From assembly GCA_048938105.1 (NCBI GenBank), contig JBHLMN010000014.1, positions 99,062-163,061 of the forward strand: 64,000 bases of DNA, read 5' to 3'. The notes under the pieces were generated by a model. That model saw only the letters and a program-made list of their open reading frames with translations, was not told the DNA's origin and searched no databases. Source of the DNA: Promethearchaeota archaeon (GTDB taxonomy: Archaea; Asgardarchaeota; Heimdallarchaeia; Hodarchaeales; Hodarchaeaceae). Shown piece after piece: positions 1 through 11,162 of this stretch (positions are counted from its first letter, which is position 1; every line of letters starts with the position of its first letter). The position numbers and the translations under genes are program-made.

Positions 1-271
1 TAATCCTGAAACCCACGGCTCCAAGAGCGAGGCCTTCATTATACTCTTTTAAGATTGGATACATCGGAATTACAATACCAGCCCCTGCAGCTGCCATAAT
101 AAAGTAAAATATCACTCCTAGCGCCATTTGCGTTTCATTCGCAGAAACCTCGGCTAGATAATCTGAAGCTCCTATAATTGGTAATATAAAAACACCACTT
201 ACTATAGCTGCACCTGTGCAGCTTATGAATAAGACTCCTACAATTCTTGCGTTCGTTTTGTATGTATTCAT
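1..271 (-). CDS. DUF4386-like membrane protein (partial, runs off window start)
   Basis: Manual translation from ATG at 271: MNTYKTNARIVGVLFISCTGAAIV...IPMYPILKEYNEGLALGAVGFRI; hydrophobic, with the ARIxGxLF start typical of DUF4386. Confidence 0.6.
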   Translation of the reverse strand, partial: MNTYKTNARIVGVLFISCTGAAIVSGVFILPIIGASDYLAEVSANETQMALGVIFYFIMAAAGAGIVIPMYPILKEYNEGLALGAVGFRI

Positions 272-591
272 TTTATTCCCATTTTTTTCTTATTTTTTAT
301 AATTAATAGACTGTTAAGCTATTGTTCTGAAACTGCTCTTTTTTAGAAATAAGCAATTATTGAAAAATATTTGTACTAATTCACATTCATTTTTATATAA
401 GAAATGTAGTTAGCGTTGGATAAGACTAGTTTTTAATATAAAATGAGATATAATTTTACATATAACTTTAGTTAACAGACATTATATCGACTAATGTACT
501 ACATCTAGGAACCAAGTTACCAAAAAAAGTTGATATAGGATCAATTCGATTGGTCATAAATGCTTAAATCGGAGATAGGGAATGATAATCC

Positions 592-1332
592 ATGCCTTAC
601 GCATCTTCTATTGACAATGAGAAAATCTATTATGAAGTATTAGGAGACGGTGATATTTCATTAGTCTTTATAGGAGGATTAGGCGTTCCTACTGGAAGAG
701 ATTTTTGGACAAATCAATTAGAATTTGCTTCTAAATATAAATTAATCTTAATTGATCTTGCAGGCTACGGAAAATTGGATAACGGTAGAAAGATTCACAC
801 CATGCAATTATACGGACAGGATGTAAAAGCAGTAGTAGAGGAGTTAGATTTAAAGGATGTCATTCTTATCGGGATATCAATGGGTGGAGTGGTAATTCTA
901 GAAGCTGAAAAATTAATACCTGAACGAACTATTGGATTAATTCCTATAGATTCATTATTATTAGATTCCCCCTCATTCTATACTTCTCACGATGAAGAAC
1001 AAACTGAGATTTTCTGGAAATCTTATGAGGAGGATCTGAATAATTATGAGAATGATATTTTACCTTTTGATAAAAGAGTAGTTAAGAGTGGTTCTAGGGA
1101 ATTATATAAGTGGGATTTTCGTGATATCTTACCAGAGATTGAGAAGCCTATAAAGTGTATAATAGCTGAGAGAACCTTACCAACTAAACAACAACAAGAC
1201 TGATATGCTAAAATTTTTGATGCGGTTTTCATGGAGGATGTCGGACATTTGTTGATCTTCGAAGATCCTCAAAGGTTTAATTTAGTGTTGGATGAACGGA
1301 TTAGAGAATTACTCAAGATAAGCGACATTTAG
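592..1332 (+). pseudogene. Alpha/beta hydrolase interrupted by in-frame TGA at 1201-1203
   Basis: GISMGG nucleophile elbow and DLAGYG motif; after the TGA the same frame continues YAKIFDAVFMEDVGHLLIFEDPQRFN (catalytic His motif) to TAG at 1330-1332. Confidence 0.75.
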
Positions 1333-1446
1333 ACTATATAAAGCGAATGTAAAGCTTTTGAGCTAAACGTTGGTTATTGTACATCGATTATAATACAACC
1401 CCTTTGTATCCCAAGAATTTAGATTTAATGAATAGCCAATTTAAGA

Positions 1447-2466
1447 TCATTTTAATATCAATAGAATACGAGTTGTCCAATCGTGGATACGAGCATTTGG
1501 TTTCCTCCAACTAGATGACAATCTTATAATTCTATTAGTTGATGGAACGTTTCCAAAATCCCAAAGCCCATTCTTAGTTTGGTTGTCCCAAAACCACTCA
1601 AGAAGCTCCTCAACATGAGATTTCCAGCTAGGATACGGTTTTAAAATCTCAAGGGATCTCAACCACCTTGTGAAAGTATTAGTTCCTACTAAATCATTAG
1701 GAGAAGATCTTAGATCCACATTTAAGTAACCAATTCCTTGATTCCATACAAATCTGAAAAATGCTTTTTCTAACTCTGGATTTAACTTATAAATTTGAGA
1801 ACAGATTAGATTTACAGTGTAAACATCATTTATTGTGAGTTCTTTCCCTTCCTTTATTCTTTTTTTAAATCGGGCCGAGAATTCGTCATAGTTAATCTGT
1901 AGTATTTCTAGAAACGCAGAAATCTGTTTTTGTGTATTATATGAATTACTAGGGAAGGATCTTTGTATTATTTTAGACCATAAATCAAAATAATCATTAA
2001 GGATTGGATGATTAGGGTTTATTTCAGCTAAAGAAACCGCAACAATTTTCTTAATAAAACAATCCCAAACATTTTGACCTAGACCTTTTGGAACAATATC
2101 TCGTGGTTTTACTGAATTGTTTAGAATTCCAACGATATAGTCGGTTACTTTTTGAATGATAGGATGAGTATCATCAAGACCTAGATTAATGGATCTACTA
2201 ACACCCACTTCAGTGGTAGGAACTTTCTGTTTAAGGGCAGTGTCTTCAGTGTGAAATCTTCCCCAGCTCCCATCCTCCCATTGGTCATTTCTAAGTATTT
2301 GTACCCATTTATTTTCTTCTAATCTTGATTCTGCTTCAATTAGTTCAGGATCGTTTCTATTCTTTCTTAATATATCGCGTAATAATCTAACTTGAACAGC
2401 TGGATCAGGACTATCTTCAAGGATTCTTTCTGCGATATTTTGAATTTCTCTCTTTCCCTTTGACAT
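1447..2466 (-). CDS. Hypothetical alpha/alpha-barrel protein (prenyltransferase/squalene cyclase-like QW repeats)
   Basis: 339 aa ORF with DQWEDGSWG and NQTKNGLWDF motifs. Confidence 0.55.
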   Translation of the reverse strand: MSKGKREIQNIAERILEDSPDPAVQVRLLRDILRKNRNDPELIEAESRLEENKWVQILRNDQWEDGSWGRFHTEDTALKQKVPTTEVGVSRSINLGLDDTHPIIQKVTDYIVGILNNSVKPRDIVPKGLGQNVWDCFIKKIVAVSLAEINPNHPILNDYFDLWSKIIQRSFPSNSYNTQKQISAFLEILQINYDEFSARFKKRIKEGKELTINDVYTVNLICSQIYKLNPELEKAFFRFVWNQGIGYLNVDLRSSPNDLVGTNTFTRWLRSLEILKPYPSWKSHVEELLEWFWDNQTKNGLWDFGNVPSTNRIIRLSSSWRKPNARIHDWTTRILLILK

Positions 2467-2784
2467 AAATCCATCTCCGAATTAGAATACCTGAATAGTA
2501 AATATAGTTACAATTCTTTTAGTGAGTAATAAATAGAAATAAGATTGTTCCTATATCAACTTATCTTCGGAAGAAGTCGTTGGTTAGGTTATGAAAAGTA
2601 AACACCAAGATTTTTATCTATGATTTTCCCAATTGTTTGATTACGACATTCTTTTCATTATTATCAGTATCATAAAGTTGATGATATTATGAGAGTTCTA
2701 CAAATCGCGTTATAGAAATGAGTTTCCTCATTTTTGCCATTAAATTAAAGTTTAAAACCTTCAAATCTGACTGATGGCCTCATT

Positions 2785-3729
2785 ATGATTCTTTTAACTC
2801 CTGAAACTTTAGATGACGTGTCTAATCTTTTAGATGAGTATGGTCAATTTATACAGGAACAGCTTGGTATTCCATCATTTCCTGTCAAAGAAAGGTTTAA
2901 GACTTTTCTTAAGGAAAGAAATGACCGAATTTTCGCCTTTTATGATAATAATCACGTTCCTATTGGCATAGCAAGGACATCAACTGAGAAGGGGAATCCT
3001 GATGAAGTCTATATTATGGAATTTTATTGTTCAGAAAAAGGTAAAGACAAGGGAAGCTTAGAGATAAACCTTTTTGATGCAGTTTTCAATCAATTAAAGG
3101 ATAACCATACAATTATAAGAGTGGCTGGAATGCCACTTTCATCCGATTTAAGAAATCATATTACATCACGCAATTTTACAAGATTTGATCGTTGGAAAAT
3201 GTCAATTGACAAATCAACTGTTCAATCATTATCTAAACTTAATTTACCATTAAATTACGCTTTTGCTAGATGGAATGATGAGTATACAGAGCCAATAATC
3301 GAAGTGATTACCAATTATAACGATCAAAATGTTGATAATATACTATTTCCATATTTCAAGACCGTTGACACTGTTAAGGCATTTATTGAAGATTTAACTA
3401 AGAATCGGTGGGGGAAATTTAAAACAAATTTAACCAGTATTCTGACACATAACGGGGAATTAATAGGAGTTTGTTTCCTTACGGTATTAGACAATGGTAA
3501 AGGGTATCTTCCAGATATTGGAATTCTTAAGACTTATCAAGGAAAAGGACTGGGAAAAACATTACTCATCCACAGTTTAAAATATTATATGGAAGTACAG
3601 GATAGTAATGAGATCGAATTAGATGTTACTCTGAAAAATACAGTTGCACTTAACTTATATAAATCCTTAGGATTCCGATTTAAACGAGAATATACAGTTT
3701 TCGTTTGGAACGAGAACGATCCCACTTAA
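2785..3729 (+). CDS. Tandem GNAT-family N-acetyltransferase
   Basis: YQGKGLGKTLL acetyl-CoA motif A and NTVALNLYKSLGF motif B. Confidence 0.85.
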   Translation: MILLTPETLDDVSNLLDEYGQFIQEQLGIPSFPVKERFKTFLKERNDRIFAFYDNNHVPIGIARTSTEKGNPDEVYIMEFYCSEKGKDKGSLEINLFDAVFNQLKDNHTIIRVAGMPLSSDLRNHITSRNFTRFDRWKMSIDKSTVQSLSKLNLPLNYAFARWNDEYTEPIIEVITNYNDQNVDNILFPYFKTVDTVKAFIEDLTKNRWGKFKTNLTSILTHNGELIGVCFLTVLDNGKGYLPDIGILKTYQGKGLGKTLLIHSLKYYMEVQDSNEIELDVTLKNTVALNLYKSLGFRFKREYTVFVWNENDPT

Positions 3730-4224
3730 TCCTTAAAGAATATTATCTCTATCGTAGAATCCTCTGTGTAAATAACCAGAAGCGATGAAATCGTTTTTTC
3801 TGACAAACTTTTTCTTAGCCTTCTTTGTAAATACAGTTCGCCATTGTTTGATATCATCACTAGTTATTCTTTTCTAATCACAAGATCCTGACACAGGTGT
3901 TATCAAAGCGTTACAATGACTTTCTGGCTGATATTTGTAAATAAATAGGTTCTCATCACCTGAATAATAAAATTGTGGAAAAAGAGGTTATCATTTGGAT
4001 TCATTTAGGTTTAACTCTTTGAAAAGAACTTTCTAGCATTAAATAAACGAAAATAAAGACAATCAATTTTTCAAAAAGAAAAGTTTTTCTAAAATTTATT
4101 ATTAAATTTCATCTGCCTAATAGGTTGGATATTGATAGCATTTTGTCTATTTCCAGCTGAATTTTCAAATTAGAATAATTTTGTTGTGAGTACGAATAAA
4201 ACTATCAGGTTGGTGTAATCAGTA

Positions 4225-4500
4225 ATGGAGGATAAGATTGAAAATTCTAAGATGTTGTTACAACAGATCTCTTCGGATCATAGTGTTCCAAAGAACATCC
4301 GAAGAGCTGCAAAGGAGGCCTTCATGGCCATTTCTGGTACGAATACTCAAGATGATGACCCTCCTGAAGTACGCGCCAATTTGGCAATTTCAATTCTAGA
4401 TGAAATTAGTCAGGATCCCAACTGTCCCCTTTTTGCGAGAACCACCATATGGAATGTTCTTTCTCTCCTCGAAACTATTACATCTGAAAATCTAGAATAA
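4225..4500 (+). CDS. UPF0147 family protein
   Basis: D[11 protein letters not shown]...[26 protein letters not shown] signature. Confidence 0.9.
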   Translation: MEDKIENSKMLLQQISSDHSVPKNIRRAAKEAFMAISGTNTQDDDPPEVRANLAISILDEISQDPNCPLFARTTIWNVLSLLETITSENLE

Positions 4501-4517
4501 TAATCTCTATCTTTTTA

Positions 4518-4718
4518 TCAGACTTCTTCAACTGGGATATTTAGGTTCTGAACAATCTCATTTGCTTCTTTTGGGTTTGTTTTAAATGTATATAAGCGTT
4601 TTTTCGTTCTAAGCTTCAATTTAACAATGTCTGAATTCTTGAGGCGTTTTACATAGCAGATTGAAGCCAAACCCAGCGTGGTCATGAATTCTTCTTTAGA
4701 TTTTAATTCTTCTGGCAA
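4518..4718 (-). CDS. rpl38e: 50S ribosomal protein L38e (eL38)
   Basis: MP..ELKS.EEF start and VKLKLRTKKRLYTF motif. Confidence 0.85.
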   Translation of the reverse strand: MPEELKSKEEFMTTLGLASICYVKRLKNSDIVKLKLRTKKRLYTFKTNPKEANEIVQNLNIPVEEV

Positions 4719-4778
4719 CTTTGTCTTCCTCGTAATAGGATCTCTTTGTAACTTCGATTTTCGTTTGATTTTTTATTG

Positions 4779-5303
4779 TTATTCCATTAATTCTGATTTA
4801 GGTTTGGCAGGTTCAATTGGTACACGTTTAAGAAACCCACCACAAATTGGACAAATTTGTTGTAAATCTTTTACTATTTTCCCACAGCCAGTACATTTAA
4901 GCTGCCATTCTCGGAGGAAAGTGATTTTTTTTCCACTGATGACTTTAATAGGAATTTTAAAATGAAGAGCAGCGTTTTGTAAGCTTAAATCGTTGGAAAT
5001 CAACGTTCCTTTTATTTGAACAGCTAAAGCAAGGACTTCAATGTCAGTTGAGGAAAGGGTTGTTTGTGGATCAATCGCCTCAATTCGTCTTTTCAGTTTT
5101 TTAAGCAAATTACTTTCAGGGATTCCAAACTGTAATCGCCCAGAATGTTTCAAAATATCCAGATTCATCCGAGAACGGAAATTCTTTAACTCTGAAACAA
5201 CACTTAAGGTTGTAAAGAAATTACTTTCAGGATTCTTTTGTAGTTGTGGAAAATCTAATCCAATGAACGCAGTTGCATCCAACACAAATATATCTGGTTT
5301 CAA
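4779..5303 (-). CDS. nob1: Nob1 endonuclease (PIN domain plus Zn ribbon)
   Basis: VLDATAFI, LSSTDIEVLALA, SNDLSLQN, CTGC...CPICG. Confidence 0.9.
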   Translation of the reverse strand: MKPDIFVLDATAFIGLDFPQLQKNPESNFFTTLSVVSELKNFRSRMNLDILKHSGRLQFGIPESNLLKKLKRRIEAIDPQTTLSSTDIEVLALAVQIKGTLISNDLSLQNAALHFKIPIKVISGKKITFLREWQLKCTGCGKIVKDLQQICPICGGFLKRVPIEPAKPKSELME

Positions 5304-5320
5304 AGAGTTTCCACTCGTTT

Positions 5321-6175
5321 TTAAATCTCTGGATTAAAGTGTTGCCGTAACTTGGCAAGAAAAGAGCGTGATCGGTAAAATTTTACCGTCTTTTCTGAAG
5401 GACGAATAGCGATCTCAATGGGTGGATCATATTCAAGACTAATTTGACCATCAATTACTATTTTAATGGGATTAATTCGAGTTACACACCGTATTTTAAT
5501 ATCTCGAAAAGAACCCAAGATGATGGGTCGAATTGCGAGATTAATAGGATTAATCCAGGAAATTTCAAAATTATCAAGGAGGGGATCAACTACACACCCC
5601 CCACTGGAAAGACAATGTCCAGTAGAACCTATTGCTGTGGCAATAATCACTCCATCTGCTAGCGAACTTGAAATCACTATACCATCGACAAAAACACGAA
5701 AGTCAATAGGCTTCAATAAATCAACAGAAGTAATAACAATCTCGTTGATTGCTGAACCTAGGTTATGGTCACCAATCTGGGCTTCAATGCGTTTATGCTC
5801 TTCTAAGTTGAATTTTCCAGATAAAAATTGTTCAAAACTTGAAGTAACATCTTTTGGTTCGATTTCTGCCATGAATCCCTTTCTACCCTTGTTGATAGAT
5901 AAAATAGGAATATCAGGTATTGTTCGAGCAATTCTTAGAATTGTTCCATCTCCCCCAATAGAAACGATGCAATCTACTGCCATCTGTTCTAAAGATTCTT
6001 GTTGAAATACATGAGAGATTTCTGGGTTCGTTTCTTTCAAAAAATCATATAATTCAGGATTCAGGAAAAAGGAAATGGAAGAAGATCCTTTAACTGAGAG
6101 AATATCGTTAATTATGGCTACAGTTTCTTGAAAGAGTACCTGGGAGACAATACCAATTCGTGATATTCTCACCAA
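5321..6175 (-). CDS. nadK: NAD(+) kinase
   Basis: SIGGDGTIL, AINE and ADGVIIATAIGSTG motifs. Confidence 0.92.
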   Translation of the reverse strand: MVRISRIGIVSQVLFQETVAIINDILSVKGSSSISFFLNPELYDFLKETNPEISHVFQQESLEQMAVDCIVSIGGDGTILRIARTIPDIPILSINKGRKGFMAEIEPKDVTSSFEQFLSGKFNLEEHKRIEAQIGDHNLGSAINEIVITSVDLLKPIDFRVFVDGIVISSSLADGVIIATAIGSTGHCLSSGGCVVDPLLDNFEISWINPINLAIRPIILGSFRDIKIRCVTRINPIKIVIDGQISLEYDPPIEIAIRPSEKTVKFYRSRSFLAKLRQHFNPEI

Positions 6176-6201
6176 AGGAATTACAACCCATTAAATGTTA
6201 G

Positions 6202-6639
6202 CTAAAGAGACATTTCCCGTACTTGCATGATTTTCCTCCTATCCATAACAATCCAGTATTCAATCTCAATAGTTTTCCCATCTGAGAATAAGCTATTGAG
6301 TTTTGCGTTCAATTCTTCATCGGAAGGAGGATCTGCAACAAAAGTATCATATGTCTCAGTGTCCATAACATGTACGAAGCCAGTATTTATTTCAACATTT
6401 GTAATTTGGCCAACACGTTTTTCTATAGTTGGGACATTCACTCTTTTGTCGACTGGCGAAATGAATTGTCTTTTCTGGTTGTCAAATAGGCCTATCATCA
6501 TCATTCTCGCTTTTGCGGCGCCATGTTTTCCGGGTTTGCTTTTATCTATAGAAATAACTTTACAGGGTTCATTGGAATCGGGGTCGATAATATAACGACC
6601 TACTTTTATACTACCGACTTTCTTAGGTTCGTATGACAT
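6202..6639 (-). CDS. eif5a: Translation factor aIF5A
   Basis: SKPGKHGAAKAR hypusine motif. Confidence 0.95.
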   Translation of the reverse strand: MSYEPKKVGSIKVGRYIIDPDSNEPCKVISIDKSKPGKHGAAKARMMMIGLFDNQKRQFISPVDKRVNVPTIEKRVGQITNVEINTGFVHVMDTETYDTFVADPPSDEELNAKLNSLFSDGKTIEIEYWIVMDRRKIMQVREMSL

Positions 6640-6888
6640 TGTTAAAGCACCGTTTTTGCTTTTATTTACATGACCACAGTGTTAGGAGGTAGAATAACAC
6701 ACTAAATAAATATGTATCTTGAATTTTTAAATAAATATTTATCTTATCTTGACAAAATAACTTCTTCTCTCCAAGTATGTAAATGGTAAGAGCTTTTGTT
6801 ACTCTACTAGAACGTTATATATTACATCTAATTTCGGTAGAAATGAAAGCGAAAAAGGAATAGAGTTACTTTTTTTGGTGGAAAAACA

Positions 6889-7611
6889 TTGTTTGCGCCG
6901 AAGGGTTTAGGTTACGATAGGGGGAGCACAATTTTCAGTCCTGATGGCAGATTATTTCAAGTCGAGTACGCCATTGAAGCTGTAAAGCGCGGAACAACTG
7001 CTATTGGGATTAAAACTTCTGAGGGTTGTTGTTTGGCTGTTCAAAAACGGTTGCATACATCTCTCGTGGAGAAAGAAATGGTAAAGAAAATCTTTGAGAT
7101 TGACAATCATATCGCTGCTGCTATTGCAGGACTGACAGCTGACGCCCATGTACTTGTGAATCAAGCGCGTATTCAAGCACAGATTCATAGAATAACTTAC
7201 AATGAAGCAATAACTGTAGAAGCTCTAACTCGACGATTAGCAAATCTTAAACAGATGTATACTCAGCATGCTGGGGTACGGCCATTTGGGGTTTCGCTGT
7301 TAATAGCTGGGTGTGATGAGATGTTAGGACCTCAATTGTATATGACTGAACCTAGCGGTAGTTATTGGGGGTACCGAGCAACTGCGATTGGTTCGAGTGC
7401 GCCAGCAATCATTGAATTTCTAGAGGGTGAATACCAAGAAATAGCTCCAACTATGGAAGAAGGGAATTTACTTGCTTTAAAAGCCCTCAATCAAGTATCT
7501 GAAGAGCCTATTGATGAGGAAATGATTGAAATTGCAGTAATCTCTAAAGAAAACCGAACTATAGAATATTTGGAAAAATCAAGTATTGCCGCACTTACCA
7601 GTCGATTATAG
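6889..7611 (+). CDS. psmA: Proteasome alpha subunit
   Basis: GYDRGSTIFSPDGRLFQVEYA and VRPFGVSLL. Confidence 0.97.
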   Translation: MFAPKGLGYDRGSTIFSPDGRLFQVEYAIEAVKRGTTAIGIKTSEGCCLAVQKRLHTSLVEKEMVKKIFEIDNHIAAAIAGLTADAHVLVNQARIQAQIHRITYNEAITVEALTRRLANLKQMYTQHAGVRPFGVSLLIAGCDEMLGPQLYMTEPSGSYWGYRATAIGSSAPAIIEFLEGEYQEIAPTMEEGNLLALKALNQVSEEPIDEEMIEIAVISKENRTIEYLEKSSIAALTSRL

Positions 7612-7622
7612 GAGATGTATAA

Positions 7623-8357
7623 ATGTTACGAGATGCCCGTAGGGTTGATTTAACTGGTAAGTCAGTTGTTCGTGCCAAATTTCAAGGAAACAGATTTGAA
7701 ATCATCGTAAATCCTGAATTGGCTCTTAAATATAAGATGGGATTACTGGATGATACAACTACTATCAGTGACATCCTTGAGATGGATGAAATTTTTCAAA
7801 ATGCCAGTAAAGGAGAAAAAGCCCCTGACGAGATTCTCATACATTGCTTCGAGACTACTGACATCCTTAAAATTGCAGAAAAAGTCCTCCTTAAAGGAGA
7901 GCTTAATTTAACGTCAGAACAACGCCAAGAGTTCTTTGAAAAGAAACGTAGACAAATTGTCACACTATTAGCGAAAACTTGCATTAATCCTAAGACACGG
8001 ACACCTCATCCTCCTTTACGTATTGAGAATGCCATAAAAGAAGCAAAGGTGATAATTGATCCATCCTTACCTGCAGAAAGTCAATTAAAGGATATTATCA
8101 AAGAACTGCGGCGAGTTCTACCCATCAGTATGGAAACAGTCAAACTTGCAGTTAAAATACCACCTGAATTCACAGGGAAAGCGTATGGTGAAATAAAGCG
8201 TAATGCTCAAATTGAGAAAGACGAATGGCAGAATGATGGGCATTGGATTGCAGTAGTGACTGTAGCATCTGGAATACAGGGGGAATTCATGGAAAGAGTA
8301 CAAAGTATGACAAAAGGTCGTGCTGAAATAAAAATTATGGAAAGAATTCGATTATAA
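7623..8357 (+). CDS. sdo1: Ribosome maturation factor SBDS/Sdo1
   Basis: RFEIIV, ASKGEKA, INPKTRTPHPPLRIENA; superoperon position. Confidence 0.95.
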   Translation: MLRDARRVDLTGKSVVRAKFQGNRFEIIVNPELALKYKMGLLDDTTTISDILEMDEIFQNASKGEKAPDEILIHCFETTDILKIAEKVLLKGELNLTSEQRQEFFEKKRRQIVTLLAKTCINPKTRTPHPPLRIENAIKEAKVIIDPSLPAESQLKDIIKELRRVLPISMETVKLAVKIPPEFTGKAYGEIKRNAQIEKDEWQNDGHWIAVVTVASGIQGEFMERVQSMTKGRAEIKIMERIRL

Positions 8358-8405
8358 CAATTAATATTCTGTAATGATACTTTGTTTATAGATTTTTTAT
8401 AAAGA

Positions 8406-9146
8406 GTGAATAAAATGACGATTTTAGTTACAAAAAATCAGCTCGTTATTCCTGGTGAAATCTTGGCCCGAGGATCTGGGATAAAGGCTGGTGGAGGAGT
8501 TTTTCGTAAAAAGGTGAACAACGAAACCGAAATCTACGCGTCTATGATTGGACTAGCTCAGATAAGAAAAAATAGAGTTGGAGTAGTTCCATTAGAAGGA
8601 TGTTATATCCCATTGGAAGGAGATATTGTTATTGGTAAAATTACTAGGGTTGGAATCACTTCTTGGAACGTAGATATTCGAGGGCCTTATGTTGGGACAC
8701 TTAGAGTTGGTAATGTCATCGAAAGAGATTTCGATGCCCTTCATGAGAATCTTGATCGCATTCTACAGGTTGGAGACATTATAAAAGCTCAGATTACTTA
8801 TTTTGATAGAATGCGTGACCCTGTTCTCACCTTACAAGGGCGTGGTCTACGTAAAATCAATAACGGTAGATTGATTGAAGTGGATCCCGTAAAAATCCCC
8901 AGAATTATTGGAAAAAAAGGGAGTATGATTCAACTATTGAAAAATATGACCAATTCTCAAATTGTCGTTGGTCAAAATGGTAGAATAATCATTGCAGCTA
9001 ATAATCTCAAGACTGAAAACTTAGTAGAGCGCGCAATACGAAAAATCGAAGCTGAGGCTCACACTAGTGGGCTAACAGACAGAGTTCGGGAATTTTTGGA
9101 AAAAGAAAAGAGTATATTATCTGGAAGAAGTGATGAAGATGAATGA
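8406..9146 (+). CDS. rrp4: Exosome RNA-binding protein Rrp4
   Basis: YIPLEGDIVIGKI S1 domain; KIPRIIGKKGSMI and GQNGRI KH domain. Confidence 0.95.
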   Translation: MNKMTILVTKNQLVIPGEILARGSGIKAGGGVFRKKVNNETEIYASMIGLAQIRKNRVGVVPLEGCYIPLEGDIVIGKITRVGITSWNVDIRGPYVGTLRVGNVIERDFDALHENLDRILQVGDIIKAQITYFDRMRDPVLTLQGRGLRKINNGRLIEVDPVKIPRIIGKKGSMIQLLKNMTNSQIVVGQNGRIIIAANNLKTENLVERAIRKIEAEAHTSGLTDRVREFLEKEKSILSGRSDEDE

Positions 9147-9894
9147 AGAAAAAACCTCTCTTATACGTGAAGATGGACTCCGATTGGATGGCCGTGGACT
9201 CCATGAATTAAGGCCTATAAGTATGGAGACTGGGGTTCTAGATAGAGCTGATGGAAGTTGTTATCTTACCTGGGGTAATAATAAAATTATCTGTGCCGTT
9301 TACGGACCGAGAGAATTGCATCCTAAACATCTTGCTCAACCAGACAAGGCAATAGTACGAGTTGAATATCGGTTAGCTACTTTCTCTGTTGGTGAACGTA
9401 AAAGCCCTGCTCCTCGCCGAAGAGAGTATGAACTAAGTAAAATTATATCTGAATCGATTGATAATGTTTTATTTTTAGAAAAGTTTCCTAATGGGACAAT
9501 AGACCTTTTTATCACCGTTTTAGATGCAGATGGAGGAACTCGATGCGCTGCATTGACAGCTGCTTCATTAGGACTGGCAGATGCTGGCATTCCAATGAGG
9601 GGTATAATTACTGGTTGTGCTGTCGGGAAAATTGATGGAAAAATTGTGGTTGATCTCGCTGATATTGAAGATAAGGAAGGTGAGGGGGATATGCCAGTTG
9701 CAATGTTATTCAACACTGGGGAACTGACACTTCTCCAGTGTGACGGGACTTTCACTCCCGAAGAGATTGAAGAAGGACTTAAGCTGTCAAAAACAGCCAT
9801 TGGTGAAATTTATCAGATGCAACGAAAGGCTTTGATAGCTAAGTATTCTCAAATCGAAGAACATTTGGATGTATTAGAAGAGGAAGAAGAATAG
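9130..9894 (+). CDS. rrp41: Exosome exonuclease Rrp41
   Basis: RLDGRGLHELRP, VYGPRE, DADGGTRCA, EDKEGEGDMP. Confidence 0.96.
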   Translation: MMKMNEEKTSLIREDGLRLDGRGLHELRPISMETGVLDRADGSCYLTWGNNKIICAVYGPRELHPKHLAQPDKAIVRVEYRLATFSVGERKSPAPRRREYELSKIISESIDNVLFLEKFPNGTIDLFITVLDADGGTRCAALTAASLGLADAGIPMRGIITGCAVGKIDGKIVVDLADIEDKEGEGDMPVAMLFNTGELTLLQCDGTFTPEEIEEGLKLSKTAIGEIYQMQRKALIAKYSQIEEHLDVLEEEEE

Positions 9895-9905
9895 GAGAGA
9901 TACAT

Positions 9906-10760
9906 ATGCGGTCAGAAGATATAATTGGTAGCTTAGAAAGAAAATATTTAACAGACTTGCTTACGAAGGGCGAACGAATGGATAATAGAGGTTTTTGGGA
10001 AGGTCGTCCAATTCAAATCATACCTAATGTTATTAAAAAGGCTGAAGGGTCAGCCATGGTTAAATGGGGAGATACAGTAGTCTTAGCTGGAGTAAAAGCC
10101 CAGTTAGGTTCTCCTTTTCCTGACACACCAAATAATGGTGTTATTACGGTTAACCTTGAATTATCTCCTATTTCATCACCATCTTTTGAAAGTGGTCCAC
10201 CAGGCCCAGAAGCTATCGAAATGGCTCGAATTGTAGATCGTGGGATTCGTGAAAGCAAGGTAATTCCAATGGATGATCCAAAATTATGTGTTATTCCTGG
10301 TAAGACAGTGTGGATTCTTTTTGTTGATATATACATACTCGATGATGGAGGTAATTTGATAGATGCCTCAGCTCTCGCTGCAATGGCGGCACTCGCTAAT
10401 ACGCGGATAAACAAAGTTTCAATTGATGAGGAGACCGAGGAAGTCACTTTATTGGAAGAAACAGAACCATTACCCAAAAAAGGCTGTGTAGCAAGTTTAA
10501 CCTATGCAAAAATTAATGATATTATCATATATGACCCAAACTTAATTGAGGATCGAGGTAAAACAGCACGATTTTCTATAGCTATCACAGATGAAAATTT
10601 AATATGTTCAATGCAAAAAGGAGAATCAGGAGTATTCCTAGAAGAAGAAATTTTAACTATTATAGAGAATGCATCGAGTCGAGTTAAAGAGCTAATCACA
10701 CTTATTGAAGAAAATTCTCAAGTGACAGAGCTACAGGAAATGTTTAAGTTCGATTTTTGA
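9906..10760 (+). CDS. rrp42: Exosome subunit Rrp42
   Basis: KAEGSA, PFPDTPN.G, FESGPPG, ARIVDRGIRES, DDGGNLIDA. Confidence 0.96.
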   Translation: MRSEDIIGSLERKYLTDLLTKGERMDNRGFWEGRPIQIIPNVIKKAEGSAMVKWGDTVVLAGVKAQLGSPFPDTPNNGVITVNLELSPISSPSFESGPPGPEAIEMARIVDRGIRESKVIPMDDPKLCVIPGKTVWILFVDIYILDDGGNLIDASALAAMAALANTRINKVSIDEETEEVTLLEETEPLPKKGCVASLTYAKINDIIIYDPNLIEDRGKTARFSIAITDENLICSMQKGESGVFLEEEILTIIENASSRVKELITLIEENSQVTELQEMFKFDF

Positions 10761-10813
10761 TTTAAAAATCAAAAAATAAAAAACCCACAATTAAAGACGG
10801 AAGTGTGATATTA

Positions 10814-11089
10814 ATGGGACGAACTAAGAAAGTAGGATCAACTGGTAGATTTGGTACTCGGTATGGTGCCAGTGTACGAAAAAGGATTCGAAAAATTGAA
10901 AGTACTTTAAAAATCAAACATACATGTCCTTCCTGTAACACAGTAAAAGTACGTCGAGTTTCAATTGGGATTTGGGAATGCTCATTCTGTGGTTTCCGCT
11001 TCACTGGTGGTTCATGGACTCCCGAGACTCCTGGAGGAAAAATCGCCAATCGAACTGCAAAACGCCTAGCAGGTCAATCAGAAGTATAA
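10814..11089 (+). CDS. rpl37ae: 50S ribosomal protein L37Ae (eL43)
   Basis: MGRTKKVGSTGRFGTRYG, CPSC...IWECSFCG. Confidence 0.96.
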   Translation: MGRTKKVGSTGRFGTRYGASVRKRIRKIESTLKIKHTCPSCNTVKVRRVSIGIWECSFCGFRFTGGSWTPETPGGKIANRTAKRLAGQSEV

Positions 11090-11162
11090 TTTGCTTCTCA
11101 GCTATTTTCTAAATCTAAAGCATAACTTGAAAAAAAATGGACAATGAGAGGTCAGGGAAAAC

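Noticed and set aside
3732-3980. Minus-strand reading frame broken by a TAG
   Set aside because: No start codon and no recognisable family; cannot support a pseudogene call
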